A stretch of 61,100 nucleotides of DNA from a virus (IMGVR_UViG_3300032259_000005:1-61100); one strand, 5' to 3'. Counted from the first letter of the stretch, positions 30,882 through 41,776 are shown. The notes: generated by a model from the letters alone, not told the origin. Program-made: numbers and translations.

Positions 30882-33152
30882 TTATTTGCTGCCAAGTGTT
30901 ATAGCAAAATCGCAAATACTATGTGTGTTTAATATAGTAGTTATGGGAATGTCTTTATTGATAATTGAAACTTCTAGGTCACCTGCTTCAGAGCAGGCAG
31001 TACACGTGCCTGCGTCATCAGGCCGTAGTATAATAGTCTTATAGCCATGATTTTTGGCTGCCCTAGTGAAGCCAAAGCGATAAGCTATATCCATATGCTT
31101 ATGGGTTATAGTTTTGATTTCTCTCTCCAGTTCGTCAAAGATAGAGTTGACAGCTGTAACCGGAGAAGAAGAGTTGTCTATACCTGCTAAAATATTGTTA
31201 TTATTTATTAGGTTCCGACATATGTCTCCTGTATGTTGGAACGACTTACTTATAAAGTTTTTGAAGAGCCTGTCTATCAATTTTTTGGGTATTCTATATG
31301 AGCCTATAATGCTCATGTCTTCCATGCAATTATCTATACCTATATCTATGATAGGCTCTAGTACTTGCCTAGCATTTACAGTAGATGCAATGTCAAAGGT
31401 TCTAAGAATAGAGTTGAGCTCATCTTCTTTAGTTGTTGTATCTAGAGGGTCTCCGGAGGCAGCTACCCCAGAACCGTGCCTCTTAATAAAGTTATGCACT
31501 AAGTTCTTGCAGTCTTCTAGTACTGATAGCTGGTTAGCTTCATATATTAGTAGCTCAGACTGAAAATTGTTATTGGCTGTTACTCTAGTCTTAGTTGCCT
31601 TCTTGCCACTTTGATTAGTGGGCCGCGTTTTATTAGACGACTTGTTTTTAGTAGCAGTAGAAGTTTTCTTTGCAGTGGCGCTAGCTTTAGCAGCAGCTTC
31701 AGCAGCAGCCATCTTTTGTAGTTCTTTTGCGTTCTCGTGGTCCATTGACTTATTGGTATCTTTCATCTCTTCTTCTGAGAGAGGTTCTTTACCAAGGAAG
31801 TCTTTACGGAATTCAGAGCAGGTGATGCCATTAGACAACCACATGTCATTGCCATGCGCTTCTCTAGCTCGTTGTTCTTCTCTATTGATCATCTCAAAGA
31901 TGAACTGTACATTATTTTCTTTAGTGACATTGAATCCACCTTCATGTAAAAGTGGCATCACTAATTGCATAGAGATAACGTCTTCTATGACTGACTGGAA
32001 GTCCTTAGCGCTATCCTGTAGCCCTTGGCTAACAGTAGCTGCTGATGACTTAGAGACCTCTCCTCTACCTAGGTCTAGCTCTGATAGGCGCAGGCCACCC
32101 ATTACTCTTTTTTCAAAGTATGTCAGGTTCTTATCCATGTCAAGAACTTGCTCGCCTGCAGCTAATACATTAGCTTCCACTCTATGAGAGGTAACCACAC
32201 CGCCTTCTGAAGGCATGTTTTGTATCTCACTTCTAACTAGGCTGATCTCATCTGAGCCATCATCTAGTATCTGTGCAGGCTGGGTATCTGTACCAACCTT
32301 CCAGTGCACTAAACCAAAGGCATGTTTATGAGCTATAACCTCTGTGATTTCTTCTAGGCGTCTTAGTGACCTTACGTCATCTAAGGTAGGTAGGATATAC
32401 GGCGTTCCAAAGATGAATCCACTCTTCTTGTCCATCGTTGCAACAATAATATCACTTGCATCGAAGACAACAGTGTCATCTTTGCCGTAAGCGTTTACTA
32501 CCGTCTGCTTCCACTTTACTGGGTGACCATATTTATTTAATGCCACTGAAACTGTAGTAGGGTCGAGAGGGTAAATAGCAGCGATAGGCTCTAGCCGCTT
32601 GCCGTATAGCCGTGTAGCTCTACCGCTGCTCTTGTTACCATCTCTTTTTAACACCAGAAATGCGGTGGCATAAGCCACCAAATTGGTACAGAATTCTCTA
32701 ATTACACTATTGAATGTCGTACCAGAAACAAGTTCTATTTCGAAGAGGCGCTGATTAACATAGTTAATCATCTCTTCATCGGAGCCAGTAAAAGAAAACC
32801 CTTCTTTAAGGATCTGCTCCCTATGCTTTCTTACTGATTGATTGATATAGGGCTCTACATCTATTGCCCTAGCTATCTCTCCAAGGTCGTATACTGGTCC
32901 TTGGAATGTAGTGTTGATGCCCTTGCGCCCTACTCTGTAAGATGATATATTATTAGTCTTGTATATCAGGGGCTTTGATAAAGTTCGCCGTTCAATCTTA
33001 ATGATCTTAGCTATTTCACCGGGCTCCTTAGCTTTATTGCTTATAGCTAACCTGAAATCTTTAGCCTCTTGAGCTTCCGTTTCTAGCTCAAATATCTTAG
33101 CTTTGGACACCTCTAAGTCTTCTGCGTTCTTAAATATATTATACCACGACAT
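30882..33152 (-). CDS. Portal protein
   Basis: Between terminase and protease. IYPLDPTTV, FGTPYILPTLDDVRSLRRLEE, HWKVGT and GITCSEFRK portal-like motifs, plus a C-terminal extension with CTAC...H..C. Confidence 0.85.
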   Translation of the reverse strand: MSWYNIFKNAEDLEVSKAKIFELETEAQEAKDFRLAISNKAKEPGEIAKIIKIERRTLSKPLIYKTNNISSYRVGRKGINTTFQGPVYDLGEIARAIDVEPYINQSVRKHREQILKEGFSFTGSDEEMINYVNQRLFEIELVSGTTFNSVIREFCTNLVAYATAFLVLKRDGNKSSGRATRLYGKRLEPIAAIYPLDPTTVSVALNKYGHPVKWKQTVVNAYGKDDTVVFDASDIIVATMDKKSGFIFGTPYILPTLDDVRSLRRLEEITEVIAHKHAFGLVHWKVGTDTQPAQILDDGSDEISLVRSEIQNMPSEGGVVTSHRVEANVLAAGEQVLDMDKNLTYFEKRVMGGLRLSELDLGRGEVSKSSAATVSQGLQDSAKDFQSVIEDVISMQLVMPLLHEGGFNVTKENNVQFIFEMINREEQRAREAHGNDMWLSNGITCSEFRKDFLGKEPLSEEEMKDTNKSMDHENAKELQKMAAAEAAAKASATAKKTSTATKNKSSNKTRPTNQSGKKATKTRVTANNNFQSELLIYEANQLSVLEDCKNLVHNFIKRHGSGVAASGDPLDTTTKEDELNSILRTFDIASTVNARQVLEPIIDIGIDNCMEDMSIIGSYRIPKKLIDRLFKNFISKSFQHTGDICRNLINNNNILAGIDNSSSPVTAVNSIFDELEREIKTITHKHMDIAYRFGFTRAAKNHGYKTIILRPDDAGTCTACSEAGDLEVSIINKDIPITTILNTHSICDFAITLGSK

Positions 33153-35085
33153 TAGATGATTCTTTTATACTTTTGCTTATCCTATTAGCTATTTCAATTG
33201 CTCTTGATGCGGGTGCGCTATCACTAGAGCAATCGTCATCTACTGCATTCTCTAGTATAGGAATGGGGGCCCCTGTATCATTGAAGCCTGGTACTTCTAC
33301 CTGTAAATTGTCAGTTAAAAAGTTGTCCACGTTTCTAAAGTGTTTCCTCCTAACCGCTTCTGGTAAATCTAGAATAGGATACATCTCAGGCAGCTCGTCT
33401 ATAACAAAATTTAATGCTGCTTTAGAAGTGACGTCATCAAAATTAATTGCATCAGCGTTTTCATCTAACTGGCATACCAGCTTTGCCTGATCTAATTTAG
33501 AGGCTAAGGCATCCAGGAAGCCTGTTAGTGTAGCTAGATACTTCCTGTCTACATAAGCACTTACTTCTGCTGCAGTCTTCAACTCTCCTACTTTTAAGAG
33601 CGCATTTAACTGAGAGACTATATCATCTAGTAAAGCCACTATAGCCTCTATGGAAAAGTTTAATGCTTGCAGTAGTATCTCTATGCCTACGCAGTATTTA
33701 ATTGCGGCATTTAAGTCTGTCTCTGGTATAGAGAATAATTGTTTTGTAATCTTGCTTACTATCTGATCAAGATATTGGTTTAAGTTGGCCACTAATAGAT
33801 TGATCATTGAAGACTGTACGTTATCTATTAGGGTCTTTATTAAGTCTTTGAACTTAAATTCTACCTTGAACAGGCCTAGTTTTAACATAGATGATATGCC
33901 GCGTAATATTTTACTGTCTATATCACCTATGAAGTACAAGATGCAACATAAATATCTTTCATCTATTCTTAACGTAAAGCTAGATGCGTATTTATTATAC
34001 GTATCGTTATTAATAGCGTAAAGGTTAGAGAGATAACTCTTTAGTCCTACAGTAAGAGCAGACTTAACCTGCTCTTCTATTAGGCCAGAGCCTTCTAGTT
34101 CACCTCCCAGCACTTCTATCTTTGTACTTTTGTTCCTAAACTCTTGCCACTTGTTAGAGAACATAGGGGCCATGGCCATGCCAGACTGAAGAGTACTTTG
34201 GCTTTCTATTATCCTTAGGTATGCTACCCAGTGATCATAGTTTAGCTTCCCTGGGTTAGCACAGATGTACTTAAGCGCATAGTCTTTGACTGCCTTGTAG
34301 TCATTGAAGCTCTGGTTTTTACGAAAGAGCTCATAGTTATATCCAGCTTCTTCTAGTACTGCCTGCCTGGCAGCTTGATCAGAGTATTTATCTATTGCGT
34401 TTTTGATCTCTGGAGAACTAATGGAACTCTCTGTGTTGAACAGAGTGTATAGTGAGTAAGCATTTACACCTAGTTCTATTAGAAGCGCTATCCCTACTAG
34501 AAAGCCATGTGAACTAAACTGTTTTACTTCGTTAAGGCCATATGTTGGACGTGGCTGAGCTGTAACAAAGATGTCTGTTAGGAACCCTGCTATAGTTAGG
34601 CCAGCGAATGGCAAGAGCATCTCTAGAAAATCTGTTATCCAGTCGTTGCCATCACTAGTTACGCCTTTGTACTTCTTGGTAAACTGTGTATGCTCGTTCT
34701 GTGGGTCTACTATGTTCCATGTGGCTAGGAACTTCTCGTCTATTACGCCCGACCTCTCTGCTATGAACTCGCATGCTTCCTTGTATAAACCGAAGGTGAT
34801 AGCTTGCCTGCTTGCTAACGTACTATCTAGTCTTGCTATAGAGGCTAATACTGCTGCATTATCTTCGACAGGTACAAAGGCTGCAGGATTCATATCTCCT
34901 ATACCTTCTTTTAAAGCCTCACCTTTCAGAAACACTCTAGCTATATTATCAAAGATAGCATCTTCTTCTGGATCTTCATCGCTAGTAGTAGATAGCACGG
35001 AGTCTACCTTATTACTATTTAACTTAGATAGTATTAAGTCTCTTTCCCTTTTAAAGGATGATTTTCCTGTATAGTCCAGTCCCAT
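33139..35085 (-). CDS. Hypothetical helical protein between terminase and portal (648 aa)
   Basis: Long co-oriented ORF coupled at both ends. Two hydrophobic segments. Confidence 0.65.
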   Translation of the reverse strand: MGLDYTGKSSFKRERDLILSKLNSNKVDSVLSTTSDEDPEEDAIFDNIARVFLKGEALKEGIGDMNPAAFVPVEDNAAVLASIARLDSTLASRQAITFGLYKEACEFIAERSGVIDEKFLATWNIVDPQNEHTQFTKKYKGVTSDGNDWITDFLEMLLPFAGLTIAGFLTDIFVTAQPRPTYGLNEVKQFSSHGFLVGIALLIELGVNAYSLYTLFNTESSISSPEIKNAIDKYSDQAARQAVLEEAGYNYELFRKNQSFNDYKAVKDYALKYICANPGKLNYDHWVAYLRIIESQSTLQSGMAMAPMFSNKWQEFRNKSTKIEVLGGELEGSGLIEEQVKSALTVGLKSYLSNLYAINNDTYNKYASSFTLRIDERYLCCILYFIGDIDSKILRGISSMLKLGLFKVEFKFKDLIKTLIDNVQSSMINLLVANLNQYLDQIVSKITKQLFSIPETDLNAAIKYCVGIEILLQALNFSIEAIVALLDDIVSQLNALLKVGELKTAAEVSAYVDRKYLATLTGFLDALASKLDQAKLVCQLDENADAINFDDVTSKAALNFVIDELPEMYPILDLPEAVRRKHFRNVDNFLTDNLQVEVPGFNDTGAPIPILENAVDDDCSSDSAPASRAIEIANRISKSIKESSNVVV

Positions 35086-37004
35086 TATAGCCTGCTTCGT
35101 CCAGATGAACCAGGATGCCCTCCTAGGCTTGAGTTCCTAGAGATACGCTTGGCGCTAAAGTACTTGCTTCTAGCTGCATTGCCATTTTTAAGCATCTTAT
35201 TTCTTAAGCTCTCTGTATGCTTTTGGCCACCCAGCATACTCATGAGAGCGTCAGTGCTATTCAAGGATTCGTTCTCAGGCCCAAGGCTTCTAGTTATTTG
35301 AGCCAGTCTATCTTCTCTTGAGTCTTCAAGTGATGGAGCGTTATAGTAAACTGAAGTAGCTATATTAAGACTTCTCATGTCTGAGAATTCTAGGATGAAG
35401 CCTACTATGCAAAGCATGTAGGCCACAAGCGTGTGATCCTCTCCCTGACTATAAGTAGGTAGGCCTAAGGTAGAGTATCTTAGCACTTGGTAGTTACGCA
35501 TTTGCTGTACTAGCCCTTGACCTTTACCAGTCTCTTTATCTTTAGCTGTAGCAGCGAGTACCTGGGTGTCTTCAGATATTGGTAGGGTCAAACGGCCTTC
35601 TTCTAACTGAATAGCACAGGTGTTAACCATGAATGGTTTAGCTGGCTTCTTAATAATTTGGCTAGTCTTAGGCTCGATAAGCTCTATTTGTTCACCAAAT
35701 GAATAAGCTACTACCTTTTTGTGAAGTCCAGTATTCCTATTATTCATGCCATGCTTATGTAGCATCTCTACTTGTACTTCACCATAGCCTTTGTCTACAT
35801 ATATAAAGGCAGGGTTATACTGTGCATTAAGAGCAATGATTCTATCAATAGCTGAGTGCTGAGTAAACTCTGTTGTTTTAATAATGATTTTATCTAGTAG
35901 CACGTAATGTTCGCCATCCCATTCTACTACTGTTATGTGAACTCCAATATCTGATCCGTTCCAGTCAACGCCCATCATTACTCTACTGCCAGGACTAGGC
36001 TGCCTTGGCAACGAGTAGTTATCTAAAGCGTCATCGACTAAGTCATTTCGGAATACACCTTTGACTTGTATACCAAACTCAGCAAGGAACTCATGCTCGA
36101 ACTTGACAATGTCATAGTCTTGCTTATAGAACTCTTCTGTTTCTTGAGTCCATGATGGAGACTCAGCTGAGATGTAGTGGAATTCTTTGAACCCCAATTG
36201 CTTTTGAACACACCATTGATAAAATTTCCCGTGCAAACCAGTAGGAGTACTAGAGGCCCATAGCCCACACTCAGGGTGAGAAGCAAGGATAGCTAAGATA
36301 GCTTCAAGGTCGTCATCAGCTAAGTAGTCAGCTTCATCTAAGACTATGTAGTTAGCATCTTGTCCACGAATCTTATCTGATCTAGCGGCAGACTTAGAGC
36401 CTGAGGAGAATCCTAATAGCTTAGAGCCATTATTGAATTCGATCCTATGTGGGTTCTTAGTGTTTCTAGCTATCGATCCTGATAATTCAGAAGATAGTGC
36501 TAAGAACTTATTAAGCGCGTCGAAAAGAAGTGTGACTTGTGCCTGGTACGGTGCAACAACTAGAACAGTAAAGTTACTGTTTACGTTAGTAAGCCAGAGC
36601 ATGTGCATAACGATGTTTTCAGATTTCCCGATACGTCTACCAGCACGTACTACTTTCTTCTGCGCAGTACAACTTTGCATATCTTGTTGATACCAGCGAG
36701 CCTGCCAACCGAATTTACTGTATGCCCAGGCTACTGGGTCATGCATAATGAGAACATCATCATACTCTTCTGGGTCATCGAAGTCATCTTCTTCTATCCA
36801 GGCAATAGTATCGTTTATATGACCTTGGCACTTAACTGGGAACTCTGTCTCAGTTAAGCCTAGTTCATTTATGTTCTTGTAATAATGCTTACAGTTGCCA
36901 CATAGGTCTGCAAAACCCTTGCCGTAAGTTTTGTATTTACGTTCTTTGTATGGCCTCTCGGGCGTATACTTTTTTTGCGCTTCTTGTGGCTTCTGTTCAA
37001 CCAT
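35085..37004 (-). CDS. terL: Terminase large subunit
   Basis: Walker A RAGRRIGKS, Walker B YIVLDEA, SSTP coupling motif, and RNase-H nuclease motifs GVDWNG / YVDKGYG / EDH. Confidence 0.95.
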   Translation of the reverse strand: MVEQKPQEAQKKYTPERPYKERKYKTYGKGFADLCGNCKHYYKNINELGLTETEFPVKCQGHINDTIAWIEEDDFDDPEEYDDVLIMHDPVAWAYSKFGWQARWYQQDMQSCTAQKKVVRAGRRIGKSENIVMHMLWLTNVNSNFTVLVVAPYQAQVTLLFDALNKFLALSSELSGSIARNTKNPHRIEFNNGSKLLGFSSGSKSAARSDKIRGQDANYIVLDEADYLADDDLEAILAILASHPECGLWASSTPTGLHGKFYQWCVQKQLGFKEFHYISAESPSWTQETEEFYKQDYDIVKFEHEFLAEFGIQVKGVFRNDLVDDALDNYSLPRQPSPGSRVMMGVDWNGSDIGVHITVVEWDGEHYVLLDKIIIKTTEFTQHSAIDRIIALNAQYNPAFIYVDKGYGEVQVEMLHKHGMNNRNTGLHKKVVAYSFGEQIELIEPKTSQIIKKPAKPFMVNTCAIQLEEGRLTLPISEDTQVLAATAKDKETGKGQGLVQQMRNYQVLRYSTLGLPTYSQGEDHTLVAYMLCIVGFILEFSDMRSLNIATSVYYNAPSLEDSREDRLAQITRSLGPENESLNSTDALMSMLGGQKHTESLRNKMLKNGNAARSKYFSAKRISRNSSLGGHPGSSGRSRL

Positions 37005-38026
37005 TACGCCATATACACAATTCCATTTGAACCAACGAGCTTATATCCGTTAATTGCATGTTGAGTAACTGAAAAGTCATCTCCATCAAATTGTAAAGTA
37101 GTAAAACCATGTTGCCAGTCTGGGAACCTAGCGTACTCTACGTCAAAGTCGCAGAGGGTGCCGTTCTCAATCATAGCATGGTGGCCATTCTTGTTTCTTT
37201 TGTAAGCCACACTGAGTCTATGGACATGTCCTATCAGGACACTGCATCCATACATTTCGAAGTGTCCACGTGCAGAGTTACCTGCATGCTTACGAACTAA
37301 GGTGCCATGAGTGAACATTAAGTTACCTATGTAAAGGTCTTCATGTTCTGGCACCCAAGTAATACCTAGTCTATCTAGCTCTAGGTTCTTCTCTATATTA
37401 AGGCTCCTCATGCATTCTAATGCTGGGACATCTCTCTTGACCATTCTTTTAAAGCGACTCTCGTGGTTACCTTCTACATAGTAATGGTCTGCATCACTAA
37501 AGGTATTAACCCATTCATCAAGCTTATTGTATCCATAGTCTAGTTCATCCTGAACGTTCATCTTTTTATGGATACTTTTCTCGTACTTAGAGACAGAGTA
37601 CATATCCATCACGTCTCCGTTCCATACTATAGTATCTGGCTGATAGTCTAATAGGAAGGCTTTAGTTATAGCTAAGGCCTGGCTATCTTCATAAGGAAAG
37701 TGAATATCACTTAGCACAGCAACCTTAAGGTCAGCTTTTCTAGTGGTTACCTTATTAGGTATATCGCTCTCTTCTGTACTAGATATTATCCTAGTAGTAG
37801 TGGGTTTAGATTTTCTGCTGCTTTTCTTTACTTCCTTAGTGTGCTCTATTCTTTTTTTTGTTTTCTTTGCCTTATGACTGTCTAGGGGAAGAAGGTCTTT
37901 AACGACTATCTGCATTAGGCCTCTTGCGGCCCATTCAGTTACGCCTAAGTCTTTTGCAATGCGTCGTCTCCCATATCCTTTGGCAAGCAGGGTTTTTACT
38001 GTTCTTAATTGTGTTTCTATATCCAT
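37004..38026 (-). CDS. Calcineurin-like metallophosphoesterase with N-terminal HTH
   Basis: DIH, GDxxD, GNHE, THG and GHVH motifs. N-terminal GRRRIAKDLGVTEWAAR is HTH-like. Confidence 0.9.
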   Translation of the reverse strand: MDIETQLRTVKTLLAKGYGRRRIAKDLGVTEWAARGLMQIVVKDLLPLDSHKAKKTKKRIEHTKEVKKSSRKSKPTTTRIISSTEESDIPNKVTTRKADLKVAVLSDIHFPYEDSQALAITKAFLLDYQPDTIVWNGDVMDMYSVSKYEKSIHKKMNVQDELDYGYNKLDEWVNTFSDADHYYVEGNHESRFKRMVKRDVPALECMRSLNIEKNLELDRLGITWVPEHEDLYIGNLMFTHGTLVRKHAGNSARGHFEMYGCSVLIGHVHRLSVAYKRNKNGHHAMIENGTLCDFDVEYARFPDWQHGFTTLQFDGDDFSVTQHAINGYKLVGSNGIVYMA

Positions 38027-38083
38027 GTGTAATTAGCTTTAGACAGGGCTCTGTCTTATAGATTTCCGCGTTACAGCAAAACA

Positions 38084-38626
38084 TTATTCCACTTCTTTAG
38101 CTTTGATCTTAGTGATCTCTAATGTATTGTAGTTTGCATCCTGAGCCGTGTCATTTACAAGCCTAAAGATAACGGCTTGCTGTGTAGTTAAGTTTGCCAG
38201 CTTTTTATTTACATCCAAGATAGCTTTTTCAATATCATCTTGGTCTATGCTCATGTATTCTATTCCAATAGACTGAGCTGCGTTAATAGTACTGACTTCT
38301 TTTTCATGTGATACTGCAAATGCACTTAAGGTAGCTAAGCTATCTTGATGGGAATCCATTCTTTGATTCATGCCCCATGCTATAATACTTCCTATAGCTA
38401 TCATTATAGTAACTACTAATGCTGCAGCAGATATAAGGGCCTTCCAGTCAGTACCCTTATTATTAATGTTGTCAATTTTTCGTGACAACGTTTCAAAAGA
38501 CGTGCTAATATTATCGAATGATCGTTCAATGTTTCTTTCGAATACTTCGAATTCATCCCTGCTGATATAAGTACGATCTCTTGTTGTCCTGGATTGTTGG
38601 CCATTTCCGTTTCCTGACATATTCAT
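38084..38626 (-). CDS. Single-pass membrane protein with coiled coils (holin/spanin-like candidate)
   Basis: Hydrophobic ALISAAALVVTIMIAIGSIIAWG flanked by heptad-like regions. Confidence 0.5.
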   Translation of the reverse strand: MNMSGNGNGQQSRTTRDRTYISRDEFEVFERNIERSFDNISTSFETLSRKIDNINNKGTDWKALISAAALVVTIMIAIGSIIAWGMNQRMDSHQDSLATLSAFAVSHEKEVSTINAAQSIGIEYMSIDQDDIEKAILDVNKKLANLTTQQAVIFRLVNDTAQDANYNTLEITKIKAKEVE

Positions 38627-38787
38627 GATCTTTCTCTAGTAATGCATGTATCGAGCTTCTGGAGCCTTATGGATTGCCTTATGACATTCCACTTTTATAA
38701 GCTCCATCTTTTAACGCAATCCGTGAAGCTACAATGTCATATGGCTGACTAGCTGCTCGTCTTTTTCTCGGTTTATATACTTTCATA

Positions 38788-39372
38788 TCACGCGTGAAGA
38801 TATCTTGCTTCGTTGCCTAAGGCGGCTCTAGTACTTAATTGCGAATTATGAATGACTTGTATTGCTCTTTGCCTTTGAGTAAAGGCACCGCCAGAATCCA
38901 TGAACTCTGACTCATACATAGGGTCAGACATACTGTTCATTTCATCTTTTCTTTGCCGAAAGTTTTCCCCTATTCCAGCTAAACTCTTACCTAGGTTTAG
39001 GCCTCCTATAGCTAGACCAATGCCGCCAATGCCTCTACCTATACTCTGTAGGTGCTTACCGAATTTAAGCGTACCTTGTCCAGCAGCTTTTGAAGTAAGG
39101 AAGTCTTTTTTAATACGTTTGCTCTCATGAAGGGGGCTAGGTGTATCGATTCCAGCGCCCCAAGATTGACCAGTGCGTACTCCAGCAGCCCTGAGTTTCG
39201 CTTTTTTCTTTTGGTATTTTACTGCACTTGATGAGAGTCGGCCTTTAGCATATTTGGCTATACCTCTGCCTCCAAACTCTGAGCCAACACCTAATCCTAA
39301 TTCTAGGAATATATGGTCTGTCCATAGATTGTCTCTATGCTGTTCCTCGTAAAGATAGTCCATGCCTGGCAT
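38788..39372 (-). CDS. Gly-rich putative internal virion / ejection protein
   Basis: Gly-rich hydrophobic segments and C-terminal TQRQRAIQVIHNSQLSTRAALGNEARYLH. Confidence 0.5.
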   Translation of the reverse strand: MPGMDYLYEEQHRDNLWTDHIFLELGLGVGSEFGGRGIAKYAKGRLSSSAVKYQKKKAKLRAAGVRTGQSWGAGIDTPSPLHESKRIKKDFLTSKAAGQGTLKFGKHLQSIGRGIGGIGLAIGGLNLGKSLAGIGENFRQRKDEMNSMSDPMYESEFMDSGGAFTQRQRAIQVIHNSQLSTRAALGNEARYLHA

Positions 39373-40116
39373 TTACATTCCCCTATCTTTTCTTCTGTTG
39401 TGAATTGACAAAGGCAAACCTTGTGTAGAGAACTGTAGCTCTGGACTAATGCCTCCAGCAGGAGATGACCCTATAGCAGTGATATTTCCTTCTGCTGCCA
39501 TAAATGGCGAACGTACGCTCTGGCCTGCTCCTACTCCTACACCACCTAAAGCTGAAGCTCCAAAGGCTGTTATATATGGGTGCTTCTTAACTGCACCGTA
39601 TGACTTTTGAATTGTACGATAGCTTGCCATGAAATTGCTGCCCATGAAAGCTTCCTTCGAAGACATACGTGGGGCTCGTGGCATATGTGGGGCTCGTGGC
39701 ATAGGATAAGGTCCGCTACCATCGCCATAGTTCTTTGCCCTTGGCTCGTAATGAGCATTGACTTTAGAAGAGGGACGGGCTATTTTGGGACCTCTATTAC
39801 GGCCTACTCCTAAGCCTACTCCTATGCCTATTGCAGCGCTAGTCACTGTGCCTATAGCTCCAAATGTATTGGATACTTTTCTATTACGCTCTGTGTCTCC
39901 ATGCCTAGATAGGTATACTTCTCTTTGATGCTCTGCTATAGGACTTAATATAGCTCCTGCCCCATATGCAGCGGCACCACCAGTCAAGAGACCTGTTATT
40001 TTAGGGTTATTAGCGCGCCCATATTTATAGGCAGCGCCTACTCCGCGAAGACCTAGCAATGGCAATTTAATGCCTATGCCTATAGCTCCAGCTGTAAGTA
40101 GTTTAGTATTAACCAT
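39373..40116 (-). CDS. Gly/Ala-rich basic putative internal virion protein
   Basis: Several GxxxG hydrophobic stretches and an internal MPRAPH tandem duplication. Confidence 0.5.
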   Translation of the reverse strand: MVNTKLLTAGAIGIGIKLPLLGLRGVGAAYKYGRANNPKITGLLTGGAAAYGAGAILSPIAEHQREVYLSRHGDTERNRKVSNTFGAIGTVTSAAIGIGVGLGVGRNRGPKIARPSSKVNAHYEPRAKNYGDGSGPYPMPRAPHMPRAPRMSSKEAFMGSNFMASYRTIQKSYGAVKKHPYITAFGASALGGVGVGAGQSVRSPFMAAEGNITAIGSSPAGGISPELQFSTQGLPLSIHNRRKDRGM

Positions 40117-40119
40117 GCT

Positions 40120-41013
40120 CTAGTTCTTAGGTATATAACGGGACTTGTTGACAGTGTAATTTCCGCCTAAACGTCTCTTAGTAAAGGGCATAGACGGATT
40201 TCTAGACATCTGATCTCTTATTTTACTGGTTGATTGTTTGCCTATGATTCCTTGCCTCTGGGCGCGCAACTGCCTAAGTATACCTTCATAATATTCTGGT
40301 GGCCTACTTTTAGCTACTGTTGCAATAGCTTCGTCCATACCTTCAAATATTTTGTCTATTCTTTTTTGCCTATGCGCTTTTGTAGCAGGCTTAATTAAAC
40401 CAAATCTTTCTAGGCCTTCTCTGTATTTATCATCTTGAGTTTTACTATAGTCATAGGTTCTAAGGTGTAGTTGAGCTTTTCTTGTCTTAGAGCCTAAGGC
40501 TCTAGCAAATCTAGTTTCTTCAGCTATGACAGTTCTATTTTGGTGGCTACCAAATGCGCGTGCTTCGCCTCTCCTCATCATCATTTGATCCATTTCTAAC
40601 ATCTCATGTATTACTAATGACTTATTGCTTGTATTGAGGCCTCGCTTAGTCATTATTTCCAAGTTTCCTTTTCCATCTGCCGTAATACCTGACTTTAGCA
40701 TACTAGGAGCCTTTTTAAAAGTAAGCTTATGATTGGCGCCTTCAGCCATTAAAGCTCCCATTTCTTTTAACTCATTAGTGTTTATCCTTTTTAATTTGGC
40801 GGCATCACTTAATGATATCTTAGATTTAGTAATAAAATCATCAGAAAGCCCAAAGGTAATTTGAAGCGCTTCTCTGAAGAACTGTGCTCTACCACCTGGA
40901 AAACCGTGGGAGCTATGCGACTTCATTACCTCAAAGCCTGCATATGATGACTCTGCTGTAACAGAGCTTCTTACGCCTAGAGGTAGCCTTCCTCCTGGCT
41001 TAAGTATCTTCAT
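40120..41013 (-). CDS. Basic hypothetical protein with HExxE...SH...EE motif
   Basis: VIHEMLE...FGSHQ..VIAEE is a possible metal-binding site. Confidence 0.5.
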   Translation of the reverse strand: MKILKPGGRLPLGVRSSVTAESSYAGFEVMKSHSSHGFPGGRAQFFREALQITFGLSDDFITKSKISLSDAAKLKRINTNELKEMGALMAEGANHKLTFKKAPSMLKSGITADGKGNLEIMTKRGLNTSNKSLVIHEMLEMDQMMMRRGEARAFGSHQNRTVIAEETRFARALGSKTRKAQLHLRTYDYSKTQDDKYREGLERFGLIKPATKAHRQKRIDKIFEGMDEAIATVAKSRPPEYYEGILRQLRAQRQGIIGKQSTSKIRDQMSRNPSMPFTKRRLGGNYTVNKSRYIPKN

Positions 41014-41776
41014 CTTTTATCTCGTATTCTGCATCTGTAATGGTGCCCATTTGTTGCCTCTTAAGTGCAATAGTCTTGGCTTTCTCTTTAAGCTTGGCGG
41101 CTCGTATAGATGGATCTCCTTGCAAGTGACCAACAGATGCTTGGGCCTTTCTAGTTGCAAGTAGTTGTTCTCTGATCTTGTTGATCGCTTTAGAGTTTCT
41201 CTCTATGATAAAGAGAGATGCTGCTGGCTTCTCATCATATATAGGGTCTCCTTGAGGAGAGTAGCCAACGATCTTCTCTTCTACTAGCTTAGGGCTTTCA
41301 GATAGCTCATATGCTGCACGCATACGTATCAGCTCCATGCCTGCTATCTCATAGACCATCTCCATGTCAATAGAGTACTCTGGATCAAGTGGGTCTATAT
41401 CTAGAGCAGCTATACTTCTTGATACCCACTGTTCCATTACCGCTTTTTCTACAGGACAGCGCTTTCCTATTGGTAAATCTAGCTCGGCCTCATGTAGCGG
41501 ACACATATTAAGGAACGGGCAGGCAACACCCTGGCACTTCATCACTATGGTAGCTTGATGGCCGAATTTAGCCGAGTCCATGAACTTATGTATGATGTCC
41601 ATTTTCTCGCTGGGGATGCTCACACCGGCTTCAGTGGCAGCTAGAACTAGCGAATTTGTATTATTGTTTAAGACAGGTGCAACAGCCGTAGCTTTTTCAG
41701 GGCCTGGCTTGTCCTGGTCTCGCTTTTTATTTAACGCTAGGTCTAATAGCTTATCGTCTTCCGGTGTGAGCGCCAT
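41000..41776 (-). CDS. Cys-rich protein, terminase small subunit candidate
   Basis: CQGVACPFLNMCP...CPVE Zn site followed by helices. Lies upstream of terL. The function is inferred from position only. Confidence 0.4.
   Translation of the reverse strand: MALTPEDDKLLDLALNKKRDQDKPGPEKATAVAPVLNNNTNSLVLAATEAGVSIPSEKMDIIHKFMDSAKFGHQATIVMKCQGVACPFLNMCPLHEAELDLPIGKRCPVEKAVMEQWVSRSIAALDIDPLDPEYSIDMEMVYEIAGMELIRMRAAYELSESPKLVEEKIVGYSPQGDPIYDEKPAASLFIIERNSKAINKIREQLLATRKAQASVGHLQGDPSIRAAKLKEKAKTIALKRQQMGTITDAEYEIKDEDT

Noticed and set aside
35085-37004. Intein or intron in terminase
   Set aside because: ATPase and nuclease motifs are normally spaced, with no C...HN/C splice motifs or LAGLIDADG.
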